Of a DNA stretch of 64,000 nucleotides, positions 18,904 through 33,800 are shown piece after piece. The first letter of the stretch is position 1. Every line of letters starts with the position of its first letter. The notes beneath the pieces are model-generated. The model ran no database searches and had not been told where the DNA came from. It saw only the letters and a list, made by a program, of their open reading frames with translations. The stretch is taken from contig CATOCA020000001.1 in NCBI GenBank assembly GCA_951406725.2, forward strand, positions 4,960,001 to 5,024,000. The letters run 5' to 3'. Source of the DNA: Octopus vulgaris (lineage: Eukaryota). The translations under genes and the position numbers were made by a program.

Positions 18904-20012
18904 CAGGACGTATACACTTGAAGACCCTTCACACCACAAAATCCTCGCCTGTCATCCTTCTTTCGTATAAAATATTATTACTTTGATTACGAAAATTCTT
19001 TTCCCATACTTTAAAGCTGCTAAAACCTTTAATTCCTCTTCAGAATTGTTATAATTTCTCTATCATATACTTTATTTCACAACGTAATTTTCTGAAACGA
19101 ACTATTGTTAAATGAATTTGTATCGTTTGCTTCCATGTCAATCATTATATATACCATGTAAATTATTATCGTTATTGATAACTTGATTTTCTGAAGTGAC
19201 ACTATCGTTAAATGAATCTATCGTCTGCTCACAGGAAATATTTGGCTGCTATTTCTAGCACATCCAGCTTAAACTTCAGAGATTCTTCACGAAGAGAATG
19301 GTGGATGACAATGTGAACACTGGAGGGTCTAACAAAGAATTTAGAAATGTACTTCATTTTAATTTTGACTTTAGACGGTGTATTTCGGTAGAGATCGATG
19401 ATCAATAGTTATCGAGCAAAAGTGAGATGATTGTAAAACATGAAAAATCTGTCGTCTGATCGAATAACAATATTTTGATCATTTCCGGTTAATGTCGCTT
19501 TTAAACGATTTTTTCCCCAATATTTTTTGTTTCTTCCTTTGCTTCTGACGTTATTTCTTTGATACGAAAGTTTCTTGAGAGTATTACTTCTTCTCTGCCC
19601 CTCCACTGTTCATAAGTGTTGGCTAGGTTTTCATTGTTTAGGGCTCTGCAATATGCTTGGTTTCTTTTATTTAATATCTTAACCCGGATGTTTTTCATTT
19701 GATTTCTCTTTTTGTATGTCTCCTTTTTCCAAGCTGAGTTCATTCAATTCTTTTAGTACGTCTTGTGTGGTTGAATTTAGGTTGTGGATATCCGTTTCTG
19801 GAGTTCTGCTTTGGTTCTCATTTTGGTGTTGGTATGTAAGAAGGGAATAAAGTGTTTCTATGTAGATTTGCGTCTTTTGTGCCATTTCATGGAAGGCATC
19901 AGCAAGGCATTCATGTTTTATCATGGTTGAAAGTTTTTGGTAAATTTCTTATAATATTTCAGATTTCAGTGATTCGGCACACACACACACACACACACCT
20001 AAATGTGCATGA

Positions 20013-20107
<95 letters not shown>

Positions 20108-20335
20108 AATGTTAGTAGTACAAAAAATCGGGTCGGTATTTTTCTTAGTAGTTGAGTTTTGTTAAGTATTGTTTGAGGCCGAGAAGTGTCAAATGACAGT
20201 AGAGGCGGTTGAATTGCAAAGAATTTGAAGAAATTTGTGATGTGTGTTGGTGAGATTTGGGAGGCTGAGAGGACGATGAAAAAGCGATTGATTATAATTT
20301 GCTTCGTTTGATTTAGGGCCATTTTTATTTGTTCA

Positions 20336-21138
20336 CTAGCAGTATTATTCACCTCGTGCGCTCGTGCGTTCTATGCACGCGCGAATTAATCCAAACTTGG
20401 TTTTAAAATCAAGCATTTAATACCCTCTATTTTTGCACTTAAGTGTACCATTTCCTCAGTAGGAAGTACGTATAAGTGTTTCATAATTTTTTTTTGATCA
20501 AATAATTGCATTGTTGAATTATTCTTTTAGATCAGTATTTCTCAACGGGGATTTCAGAGGAGAGTTTCAGGGAGTCGCTGGCGATGTATCGTGATGATCA
20601 AAAATCCGGCCTGCTAAAATTTGGTTAGTGATTCAAACTGCAGACTCAACGCAAAATGGTCATATTTAATTCAAAGCGTTAAAAATGTTATGAAAACAAT
20701 TGGTATGAGTTCACAAAGTCCAAACGATTAATACGAAAAAACCCTCCAGGCTACACCCCGAAAATTCATTTCGTTGCCGAATTTCTACAATGTTTACGGC
20801 GATTCGTTTTTATATCTTGATTTGTTTATTTTTCATGCAATTTACGCATGCTTGCACGCGTGGTGAACACAGTTCACGTCAAACAGCTGACTGAGTAAAG
20901 TTCACTATTCAATGCATGGGAGAAGGCCTAAACAAACACATTATTGATTTTTGCACTTGCGAGATGAATTTCGGAACAGAAATAGCGCAGTTCAATTTTC
21001 ATTCGCCTAAATTTAAGTGACCCATGTTTGGTGGTTCTACGATTTGTTGGCTAGGAGGAGATGTGCCGGGAAGTAAAAGACACAGACACACACACAGATA
21101 CACAGACAGACACACAAGTTGAGTTTTATATATATAGA
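20336..21138 (-). mobile_element. Non-autonomous Helitron-like element
   Basis: Minus strand 5' a|TCTATATATATAAAA + (TG)-rich tract; subterminal cgtgc/gcacg hairpin; 3' CTAG|t. Confidence 0.6.
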
Positions 21139-21668
21139 TTTACGTTCATGCTTTATTCTTGTTTTCAGTAAAAAAAAAAATAAGTAAAATGAAATCATGA
21201 TAGTTCATTTAAGGAAAACTTTGTATGAACGCTTCTAAAACTGGGGTACAGGAAAAATCCTTTGTTACCATACAGTTGCTTGTGGGGTCCCATCGGATTT
21301 AACGACCCAACCGGGTTTACAACCACTGCGTATTTAGGGTCTACGAAACTCATGGTTCACTAGTTTTGTAAATATATTAGACCCCACCCCCGAAGATGGT
21401 TACAGATGTGTGTAGGAGTGCGTTTGTGTTTGTGTGTGTGTGTTTGGTGTTTTCTTTGATATTATTACGCGTTAAAGCTATAATATTTTTATAAATTTCT
21501 TCACACTAATTTATCGAAATTTAATTTTTTATCTTTAAATATCCAATCACGAAAACAAAAATATATTTGTCATGTGGACCAGGGTGAATTTTAGTTCCTT
21601 CAGAGAATCTGCAATTTGAAGTTAATAACATTGAAATCTCTGACATTTCCTATTTTTTTTTTTTACAG

Positions 21669-21880
21669 ATAAATCTACGCCTGGCAATATGTTTCACCAC
21701 GTAGTATCATATAGACGGTCTCTTGTGTTGATACTGTGTACGATATTGTTTTTTTGGAGACTCAAGCTGATTCAGATATATGCAACACATGTAATTGCAA
21801 TTCACTTACAGCGGAATAAATTGTGCACGTCGCAATTTACTATCAATTCCACAACCAATTCCGACGAATGTTGAATATTT
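21669..21880 (+). CDS. Exon: signal peptide + LRRNT cap (ATG at 21689)
   Basis: Poly-T/acag acceptor ends at 21668; gtaagt donor at 21881. Reads MFHHVVSYRRSLVLILCTILFF/ETQADSDICNTCNCNSLTA/INCARRNLLSIPQPIPTNVEYL, matching the LRRNT pattern CxC...C...L..IP..IP. Needs two +1 corrections (T7 run near 21750, near 21815). Confidence 0.8.
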
Positions 21881-24800
21881 GTAAGTATTTGACACTTTCT
21901 ACGTATTTTCCACATCCAATATTTTAAATTCTCATTGATTATGTTCTCAGCTAATCGCTTATGCTGTTTATCTCACAGCTTTAAGCACAATCTTATGTTA
22001 GAGTAAAACAAATCGATATGTTACCTGCTGTGAAGTCAAATAAACTGTTACTTACCATATTGAATTTATAATATATAACATCGCATACACAGAGATTGGA
22101 TATGACTAGTATCTGACTTTGATTTCATTTGTCTGAACTTATCAAATCTTACGGTATATTCAATGAACGGACAGTATAAAAACTTTAGTGCTAAGAAAAC
22201 GTGTATTCCACATAGTTATATTATATCATTAATTAGTTGAATTGTTGCTTATTATTACAGTAATATGATATAATATCAGTTGATCGTGTCACAGAATAAT
22301 TGTTAATTATTGTTTGTGTTAATTTTATAATAGAATATGCAGCGAGCTATCAGAATCGTTGTGCACGCCAGACAAAATGTTGAGCGGTATTTCGTTCGTC
22401 TTTACGTTTCGATTTTAAATTCTGTCGAGGTTGACTTTGTTTTTCATTCTTTTGGAGTCGGTAAAATAAATAGCAATTTATCTCTGAGATCAATGTAAAG
22501 GACTTGTCCCTTTCCCAAAATTTCAGGTTTGTTCCTATAGAAGAAATTATTATTTTTATAATTAAAAATGAAACAGATGGATTAAACAGCAGATAATGAC
22601 GAGATCCGCTTAAATTGCCAAATTCTTAAAATACCTAAGTGAAGAAATCAAAATAGTGTTGTTTTAACAAATTATGAGGAATTTATTTTTGATAGAATGT
22701 CATCAGTAAAATTTACCCTATCACGAACACAATAAACCTTATTACAAAATTATGGAAGGTTAATTGAAGTTTCGGCTGATTGATGTATCCCCGTTCACCT
22801 GAAATCTTACGCAATTTTTAAGTAAATTATTAAAATTTAACGTCTCAAGAAATGGAATAGAATAAAAAAGAGTAATTATTTGATACATGCAATCATAACA
22901 AATACTCTGTTGCAACACATTGCTCTTCCAGGTGATTACTTCCAGTTAATTGGCTTGCATCATTGCATTAATCACCTTAAACTTTCAGTTTTAATCAAAT
23001 ATTCTAATACTAAAGTGGATCAATTCATTCGATCAGATCTATTTCTCAAAACATTTGGAACGTTTTGACAAAATGAGAAATCCTAATGTAAAATAAAGAG
23101 AAAAGTTTCAATAATGGAATTCCTAAATCTCGTATAACTCAAGATGTTGAATAGTAAAGTTGAAGTTCTGTTTAATAAGTTAGATATTTTCATCGTTCAT
23201 AACTTGAGCGAGGATAGGCACAAATCATTTGACCGTCTAGCAGAATACATTGCGTTCTGACACACGGCAATCTGACTTCAAGTCCCGCCAAGGTCAACCT
23301 TGGGTCATTCATTTCCGAGATCAATAAAGAACCATAACAGTTCAATGAACAAATGCAACTATGAGGACCTCGAATAAGACACCTTGCAGTATATTGTCCA
23401 GTTGTCTGTGACCTGAGTTAAAATTCCACACTTTTTATTTTAGCGATTTTGGAGAAAGGATCAGACAAGTTTTATAACTCCTGCAAGATCTCCAATACTT
23501 GTGAGACAGATATCTCTCTCTATATAAACGGCAGGTTTCTGTGTGTCTGAGTTGTACCCTCACCCTGACCACGGCTTTCAACCGATTCTGATGAAACTTG
23601 ACACACACATAGCCCAATGTCATAATTCAAAACTAACGCAGCGAAAATTTTGAAAAGTTCCCCCAGTTCTGAAAAAATCGATAAATTCGACATGGGGTCG
23701 AGAATCAGAAACCCAAACCACAGACCGTCTAGGGGACGCAACTCCAGCTTTTTTAACTCTCAAAAAAAATTTACCATAATTTTTTTTCCATTTTTTGCTA
23801 TTTTTTGGCTATAACTCTCTAAAAATGCTTTATAGTTATTTCCTTACAAACCTGAGCAACGCCGGGCGAACTGCTATCATTAATATTCCGTTTGAGCTGT
23901 TGCAGGTTAACCTTTACAGGAATGATTAACAGGGATGCTATTTAGGGGATGAAGGATTTAGCATAGATGGCTAATAATGGGAACAAACTGAGGTTTAATA
24001 CAGCAAGAGTAAGGAGCAAAGGGCTAAAAAAGACGAAAAAACTAAGGCAATGTATGTTGCCACATCCCTTTTTTAAATAACACCCTTAACCAGTTAAATC
24101 ACCATGTAAGGTTGTTCTCCTTTGTAGCACATAACTCAAAATTATATCAGGGTTTCCCCACTCTACCATCACCAATTCTATTAATAAATCCCTTTCTATT
24201 TCTGTTATGTTTTCCTTCCTAGTCTATTATTTCAGTCTTGAAGTTTTGGGGGTTTATTTATTTTTGTGAAGAACTTTTATGCATCAATTATGCAAAGGAG
24301 AGGAGTTTACTTTTGCAAAGATAAATTACTTTTGACAGCAAAGTGTAATAACAAATAGAATGCTCATTGGACAGAAACAAGATATTTATAAATAAAGCTG
24401 ACTTCTGAGATGATAAAAATATCTTCCACTGAAAACTGATGTTGCAACGAATGCTTTGTAAATCTAATTCAAATCACAAATATTTTGAACATCCATTCTT
24501 TTCTCATATTTTACATGCATGTGTGTTTTTCATTCATACTTTACGTAGTGACTTAAATCTGTTTTATATCTTATATAATAAAATATACGTAAATGCAAAC
24601 AGAACCTTCGTGAAGAAGAAAAGGAAGCTTACAAACTGAAGAATGACAATTCAATCATCCTAAATGAAACCGATTAGGGAAGGGTGAAAGCAGTCACGGA
24701 CCAAAACTACTATAAAGATAAAATATTGGAAACAGACTAATCCTGCTACAAGGAAGAACCAAGACACCCGGAGAAAGTAATAGTGAATACACCTCAAAAG

Positions 24801-27800
24801 TCTGATAAATGAATACCAACGTTCGTTCACAGATAAAGAGAAAGATTATTTATGCAGCTCTGTAATGAAAGAGAGTAATTTCTATGGATCACCCAAGATC
24901 TGCGAATGCTCCAAAATGCAAGGATCAGCATATAAAAATACTAAGACCTACTGACATCAAATTGAGACCAACAGTTGCTGACCTTGAGCCCCAACACAAC
25001 AACTGAGCCATCTTTTGGATATACTCCTCAAACCGTTGTGCCCATTAATGGCCAGCTATACCCGAGACGATAAGGATTTCCTCAAACACATTCCACCCAC
25101 TGTCCCAGAACGTACTATACTTAAAAGATTTGACTAATCTTTGTACTAATACATCACACTTTGGGCCTGGAAGCAATCAAACACTGGGTAGAAAAACATA
25201 GCGGACGGATGGACGAACGCTTCAAAACGCATTTCCAAAGACACACGCCGGGAACTAGAAGACAACACCTTTAGATTCGATAATAAACTATATCGACATA
25301 TAAAAGGACACCACTGCGGGGACGAGGTTCACACACATACACGCACCCAGAGGTAGATATACATATGTGTGTATATTTCTGAGTGTATATGTGTGTATGT
25401 GCGTATATATGCATACATGTGCGTGTATGTGTGTGTTGGTACATAGAGAGGCGAAGCGGATACTCGAGGTTGTGCAAGTCAAGTAAGAAATAAACATGAA
25501 ACTGCTGCCACATTAAGACATTCTTCTCCTCCGTCTTCTTCTTCTTCTTCTTCTTCTTCTTCTTCTTCTTCTTCTTCTTCTTCTTCTCTTCTTCTTCTTC
25601 TTCTTCTTCTTCCTCCTCTTGGTCTCCTCTTGTTCTTTATCTTCTTCTGTTTCTTCTTCCTCCTCTTCTTCTTCTTCTGCTTCTTCCTCTTCTTGTTCTT
25701 TATCTTCTTCTTCTTCTTCTTCTTCTTCTTCTTCTTCTTCTTCTTCTTCTTCTTCTTCTTCTTCTTCTTCTTCTTCTGTCTTTCAATCCTTTTTCGGTTT
25801 TCATCTTGAACACCTTCATTTTCCATGTCTACTTTTTCTTGTTCTTGTTCTTCTTCTTCGTTATCTTTCTTCTTTTTCTTCCTTTCATTCTCAAGTCACA
25901 GTGTTTGATGTTGTATCACAAATATTTTCCAAATAATCTATTTTACTCTTTCTTTACTGCTATAGAGATCTGCGAGGAACAACATTGCAACCATCAAAGA
26001 AGGAGCATTCACGGGGCTTTCAAATTTAAACATTGTAAGTTCGTTCAGTTTCTTGATACTATTTTCCGAAAGTAATAATTGATGCTGATATATAAGCTCA
26101 CAATTGTATAATATTTCAGACTGAACTAAACAAAATTAATTCAAATTTGTAGAATGAACACGATTTAGGAATATACAAAGAGAATATGAGAGAGCGAGAC
26201 AATGTGAAATAAAGAGAGAGAATTTGAGAGAGAAATTGAAATAATAGGAAAAATATAATGTTCCTTTATTGTAGTTGCTTTGTTTCAATTCGCATCTCAA
26301 TAACTCATTTTTGTTCCCCAAATTTCAATGATTTTGATATGAATTTGTATTAGAAATGGTAACGTTTGTGAGTTTACATGTTTGCATCAAATATTTTTAG
26401 CTGAAGTATATGTGTATGTTCATATATAAGTGTAGTTCTGTGTGAAATGTGACTATATTATTCCTTTATTTTATATTTTACATCCTCCTCCATTTCTTAT
26501 TTCAATATTCTCCTTCGTGTTTCGATATTATCATTCAATTCGAATTTTGTCATTCACTTCACGTTATTTATGTAATAGAGCAACTGAAGTGGAAGCGGAA
26601 AATATATATTCGAATAATATAGTCACATACATTCTTTCTGTAAACCTGAAATACTTACTGTACTTGTAAGCTGGAATATTTGGCCTGATACAATTAAACT
26701 GCTGATATATTTCTTGTAAGCGTGTGTTTTCTAATATTCTTGTGACAATGAAGCGATATGAAATAAATAATCTCTCTCACCATATTTCCACAAGGGTGAG
26801 TGGGAATATGTGTGATGTGAGTGTGCATACCGCATTCCGTCGTTGATACTATGAATATAAGAATGCGTATGAGTGCATTTGAATATGTTGATTTCTGATT
26901 CCGTATATTCCCTGATTTTTCAGCCATGTCTTCTCGCCCAAAATTTTTCATTCTATCCTTGAATTATTTCCTGATATTTCGAAAATATTTTCAGTTTCAT
27001 CTTAAACACCATGATTTTCAATGTGTCTTCTTCTTCTTCTTCTTCTTCTTCTTCTTCTTCTTCTTCTTCTTCTTCTTCTTCTTCTTCTTCTCTTCTTCTT
27101 CTTCTTCTTCTTCTTCTTCTTCTTCTTCTTCTTCTTCTTCTTCTCCTTCTTCTTCTTTTTGTTCTTTTTCTTATTCTACTTCTCCTTCTCTGCCTTTTTC
27201 ATCATCTTTTTGTCATTTCGTCTTCCGCCTCCTCCTCCTTCTTCTTCTTCTTCTTCTTCTTCTTCTTCTTCTCTTCTTCCACTTCTAATTCATCTACTTC
27301 ATCTTCTTCTTCTTCTTTTCTTTTCTTTTTCTTCTATTTCACCTCCTCCTCCTCCTGGTCCTCCTCCTCCTCCTGGTCCTCCTGGTCCTCCTCCTCCTCC
27401 CGGACCTCCTCCTCCTTCCACTTCTAATTTTTTTCTTATTATTATTCTTCATTTTCTTCTTTAAATTCTCTTCCCCCTCCACTCCGCCCCTCCTCCTCCT
27501 ATTTCTTCTTGTAATTCTCCTCCTCCCCTCCTCTGCTGCTCCTTTTTCTTTTTTCTTCTTTTCTTCTTCGTCTTCTTCTTCTTCTTCTTCTTCGTCTTCT
27601 TCTTCTTCCTCTTCTTCTTCTTCTACTTTCAACTTCTTCATCTACCCTTCCTCCTCCTCCTCCTTCTTCTTATTCTTATTCTTATTCTTTTCTTCTACAC
27701 CTACTTTTTCCCTATCATCCTCTTCCTCCTCCTTTTTCCTCTTCCTTCTTCTACTTCTTTTTTTCATCTTCTTTTTTCTACCCAATCCTCTCCGCCCCTC

Positions 27801-30800
27801 CTCCTCCTCTTTCTTCTTCTAATTCTCTTCCTCCCTTCCACTCCTGCTCCTTTTCTTCTTCTTCTGCTTCTTCTTCTAATTCTTCTTCTTCTTTTCCTCC
27901 TCCTCCTTCTTTTTGTTTTCTTCTTCTCATTCTTCTATTTCTTTTTTTTCTTCTTATATTCTTCTTCTTCTTTCTACTTCTTTATCTACTTCTCCTCCTA
28001 CCCCTCTTTCTTCTTCTTATATTCTTTTTTTTGTTATTCTCCTCCTCCTCCTCCTCCTCCTTCATCTTCTTCTTCTTTTTCATCTTCTCCTACTTATTCT
28101 CCCCTTCTTACTCCTACTCCTCCTCCTTTTTCCTCCTCTTCCTTCTTCTTCTTCTTCTTCTCTACATCTTCTCCTCCTCCTCCTTCTCCTTCTTAACTTC
28201 TGTTTTTGTTATTCTCTTTCTCTCATCTCCTCCTTCTCCTCCTTCTTCTTCTTCATCTTCTTCTTCTTTTTCCTGCTTCAACTTCTTCTACGTCTTCTTC
28301 TTCTTGTTCTTCCCTTCCTTCTTCTTGCAATTCTTCTTCTTCCTCCTCCTCCTCCTCCTTCCTCCTTCTTCTTCGTCTTCTCCTTCTTCTTCCTCTTCTC
28401 CTTTCTTCTTTCTACTTCTTCATCTACTTCTCCTCCTCCTCTTCCTCGTCTTTCTTCTTCTTATCTTCTTCTTGTTATTCTCTTCCTCCTCCTTCTTTTA
28501 CTTTTTCTCCTGCATCTTCTTCCCTTTTATCAGCCTCCTCCTCCTTTTTCCTCCTATTCCTTCTTGCTCTTCTTTTTCTTCTACCTCTTCTCCTTTCTTC
28601 TTCTTATTCTTCTTCGCCTCCTCCTCTTCCTTCTTCTTCTTCCTTTTCTTCGTTATCTTTCTTCTTTTTCTTCCTTTCATTCTCAAGTCACAGTGTTTGA
28701 TGTTGTATCACAAATATTTTCCATATAATCTATTTTACTCTTTCTTTACTGCTATAGATATCTTGAAGGGAACAACATTGCAACCATCACAGAAGGAGCA
28801 TTCACGGGGCTTTCAAATTTAAACGGATTGTAAGTTCGTTCAGTTTCTTGATACTATTTTCCGAAAGTAATAATTGATGCTGATATATAAGCTCACAAAT
28901 GTATAAAATTTCAGACTGAACCAAACAAAATCAATTCAAATTTGTAGAATGAACAAGATTTAGGAAGATACAAAGAGAATATGAGAGAGCGAGACAATGT
29001 GAAAGAAAGAGAGAGAATTTGAGAGAGAAAGTGAAATAATAGGAAAAATATAATGTTCCTTTATTGTAGTTGCTTTGTTTCAATTTGCATCTCAATAACT
29101 CATTTTTGTTCCACAAATTTCAATGATTTTGATATGAATTTGTATTAGAAATGGTAACGTTTGTGAGTTTACATGTTTGCATCAAATATTTTTAGCTGAA
29201 GTATATGTGTATGTTCATATATAAGTGTAGTTCTGTGTGAAATGTGACTATATTATTCCTTTACTTTATATTTTGCATCCTCCTCCATTTCTTATTTCAA
29301 TATTCTCCTTCGTGTTTCGATATTAACATTCAACTTCGAATTTTGTCATTCACTTCACGTTATTTATGTAATAGAGCAACTGAAGTGGAAGCGGAAAATA
29401 TATATTCGAATAATATAGTCACATACATTCTATCTGTAAACCTGAAATACTTACTGTACTTGTAAGCTGGAATATTTGGCCTGATACAATTAAACTGCTG
29501 ATATATTTCTTGTAAGCGTGTGTTTTCTAATATTCTTGTGACAATGAAGCGATATGAAATAAATAATCTCTCTCACCATATGTCCACAAGGGTGAGTGGG
29601 AATATGTGTGATGTGAGTGTGCATACCGCATTCCGTCGTTGATACTATGAATATAAGAATGTGTATGAGTGCATTTGAATATGTTGATTTCTGATTCCGT
29701 ATATTCCCTGATTTTTCTGCCATGTCTTCTCGCCCAAAATTTATCGATCTATCCTTGAATTATTTCCTGATATTTCGAAAATATTTTCAGTTTCATCTTC
29801 AACACCATGATTTTCAATGTGTTTTTCTTCTTCTTCTTCTTCTTCTTCTTCTTCTTCTTCTTCTTCTTCTTCTTCTCCTTCTTCTTCTTCTTCTTCTTCC
29901 TCATCTTCTACTTCTTCTTTTTCTTATCCTACTTCTCCTTCTCTGCCTTTTTCATCATCTTTTTGTCATTTCGTCTTCTGCCTCCTCCTCCTTCTTCTTC
30001 TTCTTCTTCTTCTTCTTTTCTTTCTTCTTCCACTTCTACTTCATCTACTTTCTTCTTCTTCTTCTCTTCTTTTCTTTTTCTTCTATTTCTCCTCCTCCTC
30101 CTCCTCCTGGTCCTCCTCCTCCTCCTGGTCCTCCTCCTCCTTCCTCTTCTAATTTTTTTCTTATTATTATTCTTCATTTTCTTCTTTAAATTCTCTTCCC
30201 CCTCTACTCTGCCCCTCCTCCTCCTATTTCTTCTTGTAATTCTCTTCCTCCCCCTCCTCTCCTGCTCCTTTTTCTTCTTCTTCTTTTTCTTCTTCTTCTT
30301 CTTCTTCTTCTTCTTCTTCTTCGTCTTCTTCTTCTTCTTCTTCTTCTTCTTCTTCTACTTTCAACTTCTTCATCTACCCTTCCTCCTCCTCCTCCTTCTT
30401 CTTATTCTTATTCTTATTCTTTTTCTTCTACACCTACTTTTTCCCTATCATCCTCTTCCTCCTCCTTTTTCCTCTTCCTTCTACTTCTTTTTTCATCTTC
30501 TTTTTTCTACCCAATCCTCTCCGCCCCTCCTCCTTCTTTTTCTTTTCTTCTTCTCATTCTTCTATTTCTTTTTTTTCTTCTTATATTCTTCTTCTTCTTT
30601 CTTCTTCTTTATCTACTTCTCCTCCTTCTTCTTCTTATATTCTTCTTTTGTTATTCTCAACCTCCTCCTCCTCCTCCTTCATCTTCTTCTTCTTTTCATC
30701 TTCTCCTACTTATTCTCCCCTTCATACTCCTACTCCTCCTCCTTTTCCTCCTCTTCCTTCTTCTTCTTCTTCTTCTTCATCTTCTCCTCCTCCTCCTTCT

Positions 30801-33800
30801 CCTTCTTAACTTCTGTTTTTGTTATTCTCTTTCTCCTCCTCCTCCTCCTCCTCCTTCTTCTTCTTCATCTTCTTCTTCTTTTTCCTGCTTCAACTTCTTC
30901 TACGTCTTCTTCTTGTTCTTCCCTTCCTTCTTCTTGCAATTCTTCTTCTTCCCCTCCCCCTCCTCATCCTCCTTCTTTTTCGTCTTCTTCTTCTTCTTCT
31001 CCTTCTTCTTCTCCTTCTTCTTCTTCTTCTCCTTTCTTCTTTCTACTTCTTCATCTACTTCTCCTCCTCCTCTTCCTCGTCTTTCTTATTCTTATCTTCT
31101 TCTTCTTGTTATTCTCTTCCTCCTCCTCCTCCCCTCCTTCTCCTTCTTTTACTTTTTCTCCTACATCTTCTTCCCTTTTATCAGCCTCCTCCTCCTTTTT
31201 CCTCCTATTCCTTCTTGCTCTTCTTTTTCTTCTACCTCTTCTCCTTTCTTCTTCTAATTCTTCTTCGCCTCCTCCTCTTCCTTCTTCTTCTTCCTCTTCT
31301 TCTTCGTTATCTTTCTTCTTTTTCTTCCTTTCATTCTCAAGTTACAGTGTTTGATGTTGTATCACAAATATTTTCCATATAATCTATTTTACTCTTTCTT
31401 TACTGCTATAGAGGTCTGCGAGAGAACAACATTGCAACCATCAAAGAAGGAGCATTCACGGGGCTTTCAAATTTAAACGTATTGTAAGTTCGTTCAGTTT
31501 CTTGATACTATTTTCCGAAAGTAATAATTGATGCTGATATATAAGCTCACAAATGTATAAAATTTCAGACTGAACCAAACAAAATTAATTCAAATTTGTA
31601 GAATGAACACGATTTAGGAATATACAAAGAGAATATGAGAGAGCGAGACAATGTGAAAGAAAGAGAGAGAATTTGAGAGAGAAAGTGAAATAATGGGAAA
31701 AATATAATGTTCCTTTATTGTAGTTGCTTTGTTTCAATTCGCATCTCAATAACTCATTTTTGTTCCCCAAATTTCAATGATTTTGATATGAATTTGTATT
31801 AGAAATGGTAACGTTTGTGAGTTTACATGTTTGCATCAAATATTTTTAGCTGAAGTATATGTGTATGTTCATATATAAGTGTAGTTCTGTGTGAAATGTG
31901 ACTATATTATTCCTTTATTTTATATTTTGCATCCTCCTCCATTTCTTATTTCAATATTCTCCTTCGTGTTTCGATATTATCATTCAACTTCGAATTTTGT
32001 CATTCACTTCACGTTATTTATGTAATAGAGCAACTGAAGTGGAAGCGGAAAATATATATTCGAATAATATAGTCACATACATTCTATCTGTAAACCTGAA
32101 ATACTTACTGTACTTGTAAGCTGGAATATTTGGCCTGATACAATTAAACTGCTGATATATTTCTTGTAAGCGTGTGTTTTCTAATATTCTTGTGACAATG
32201 AAGCGATATGAAATAAATAATCTCTCTCACCATATTTCCACAAGGGTGAGTGGGAATATGTGTGATGTGAGTGTGCATACCGCATTCCGTCGTTGATACT
32301 ATGAATATAAGAATGTGTATGAGTGCATTTGAATATGTTGATTTCTGATTCCGTATATTCCCTGATTTTTCAGCCATGTCTTTTCGCCCAAAATTTTTCA
32401 TTCTATCCTTGAATTATTTCCTGATATTTCGAAATTATTTTCAGTTTCATCTTAAACACCATGATTTTCAATGTGTCTTCTTCTTCGTCTTCTTCTTCTT
32501 CTTCTTCTTCTTCTTCTTCTTCTTCTTCTTCTTCTTCTTCTTCTTCTTCTTCTTCTTCTTCTTCTTTTTGTTCTTTTTCTTATTCTACTTCTCCTTCTCT
32601 GCCTTTTTCATCATCTTTTTGTCATTTCGTCTTCTGCCTCCTCCTCCTCCTTCTTCTTCTTCTTCTTCTTCTTCTTTTTCTTCTTCCACTTCTACTTCAT
32701 CTACTTCTTCTTCTTCTTCTTCTCTTCTTTTCTTTTTCTTCTATTTCACCTCCTTCTCCTCCTCCTCCTGGTCCTCCTCCTCCTCCTGGTTCTCCTCCTC
32801 CTCCTGGTCCTCCTCCTCCTGGTCCTCCTCCTCCTGGTCCTCCTCCTCCTTCCTCTTCTAATATTTTTCTTATTATTATTCTTCATTTTCTTCTTTAAAT
32901 TCTCTTCCCCCTCCACTCCGCCCCTCCTCCTCCTATTTCTTCTTGTAATTCTCTTCCTCCCCTCCTCTCCTGCTCCTTTTTCTTTTTTCTTCTTTTTCTT
33001 CTCCGTCTTCTTCTTCTTCTTCGTCTTCTTCTTCTTCATCTACCCTTCATCTTCTTCTTCTTCTTCTTCTTCTACTTTCAACTTCTTCATCTACCCTTCC
33101 TCCTCCTCCTCCTTCTTCTTATTCTTATTCTTATTCTTTTTCTTCTACACCTACTTTTTCCCTATCATCCTCTTCCTCCTCCTTTTTCCTCTTCCTTCTT
33201 CTACTTCTTTTTTTCATCTTCTTTTTTCTACCCAATCCTCTCCGCCCCTCCTCCTCCTCTTTTTCTTCTAATTCTCTTCCTCCCTTCCATTCCTGCTTCT
33301 TCTTCTTCTTCTAATTCTTCTTCTTTTCCTCCTCCTCCTTCTTTTTCTTTTCTTCTTCTCATTCTTCTATTTCTTTTTTTCTTCTTATATTCTTCTTCTT
33401 CTTTCTACTTCTTTATCTACTTCTCCTCCTACCCCTCTTTCTTCTTCTTATATTCTTCTTTTTGTTATTCTCATCCTCCTCCTCCTCCTCCTCCTTCATC
33501 TTCTTCTTCTTTTTCATCTTCTCCTACTTATTCTCCCCCTTCATTCCCTACTCCTCCTCCTTTTTCCTCCACTTCCTTCTTCTTCTTCTTCTACATCTTC
33601 TCCTCCTCCTCCTTCTCCTTCTTAACTTCTGTTTTTGTTATTCTCTTTCTCCTTCTCCTCCTCCTCCTCCTCCTCTTCTTCTTCTTCATCTTCTTCTTCA
33701 TTTTCCTGCTTCAAATTCTTCTACGTCTTCTTCTTGTTCTGCCCTTCCTTCTTCTTGCAATTCTTCTTGTTCTTCCTCCCCCTCCTCATCCTCCTTCTTT

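Noticed and set aside
26136-26951. Recurrent minus-strand ORFs (MGNKNELL..., MAEKSGNIRNQ...) in each unit
   Set aside because: They recur only because the intron is duplicated; no recognisable domain, and some copies are disrupted
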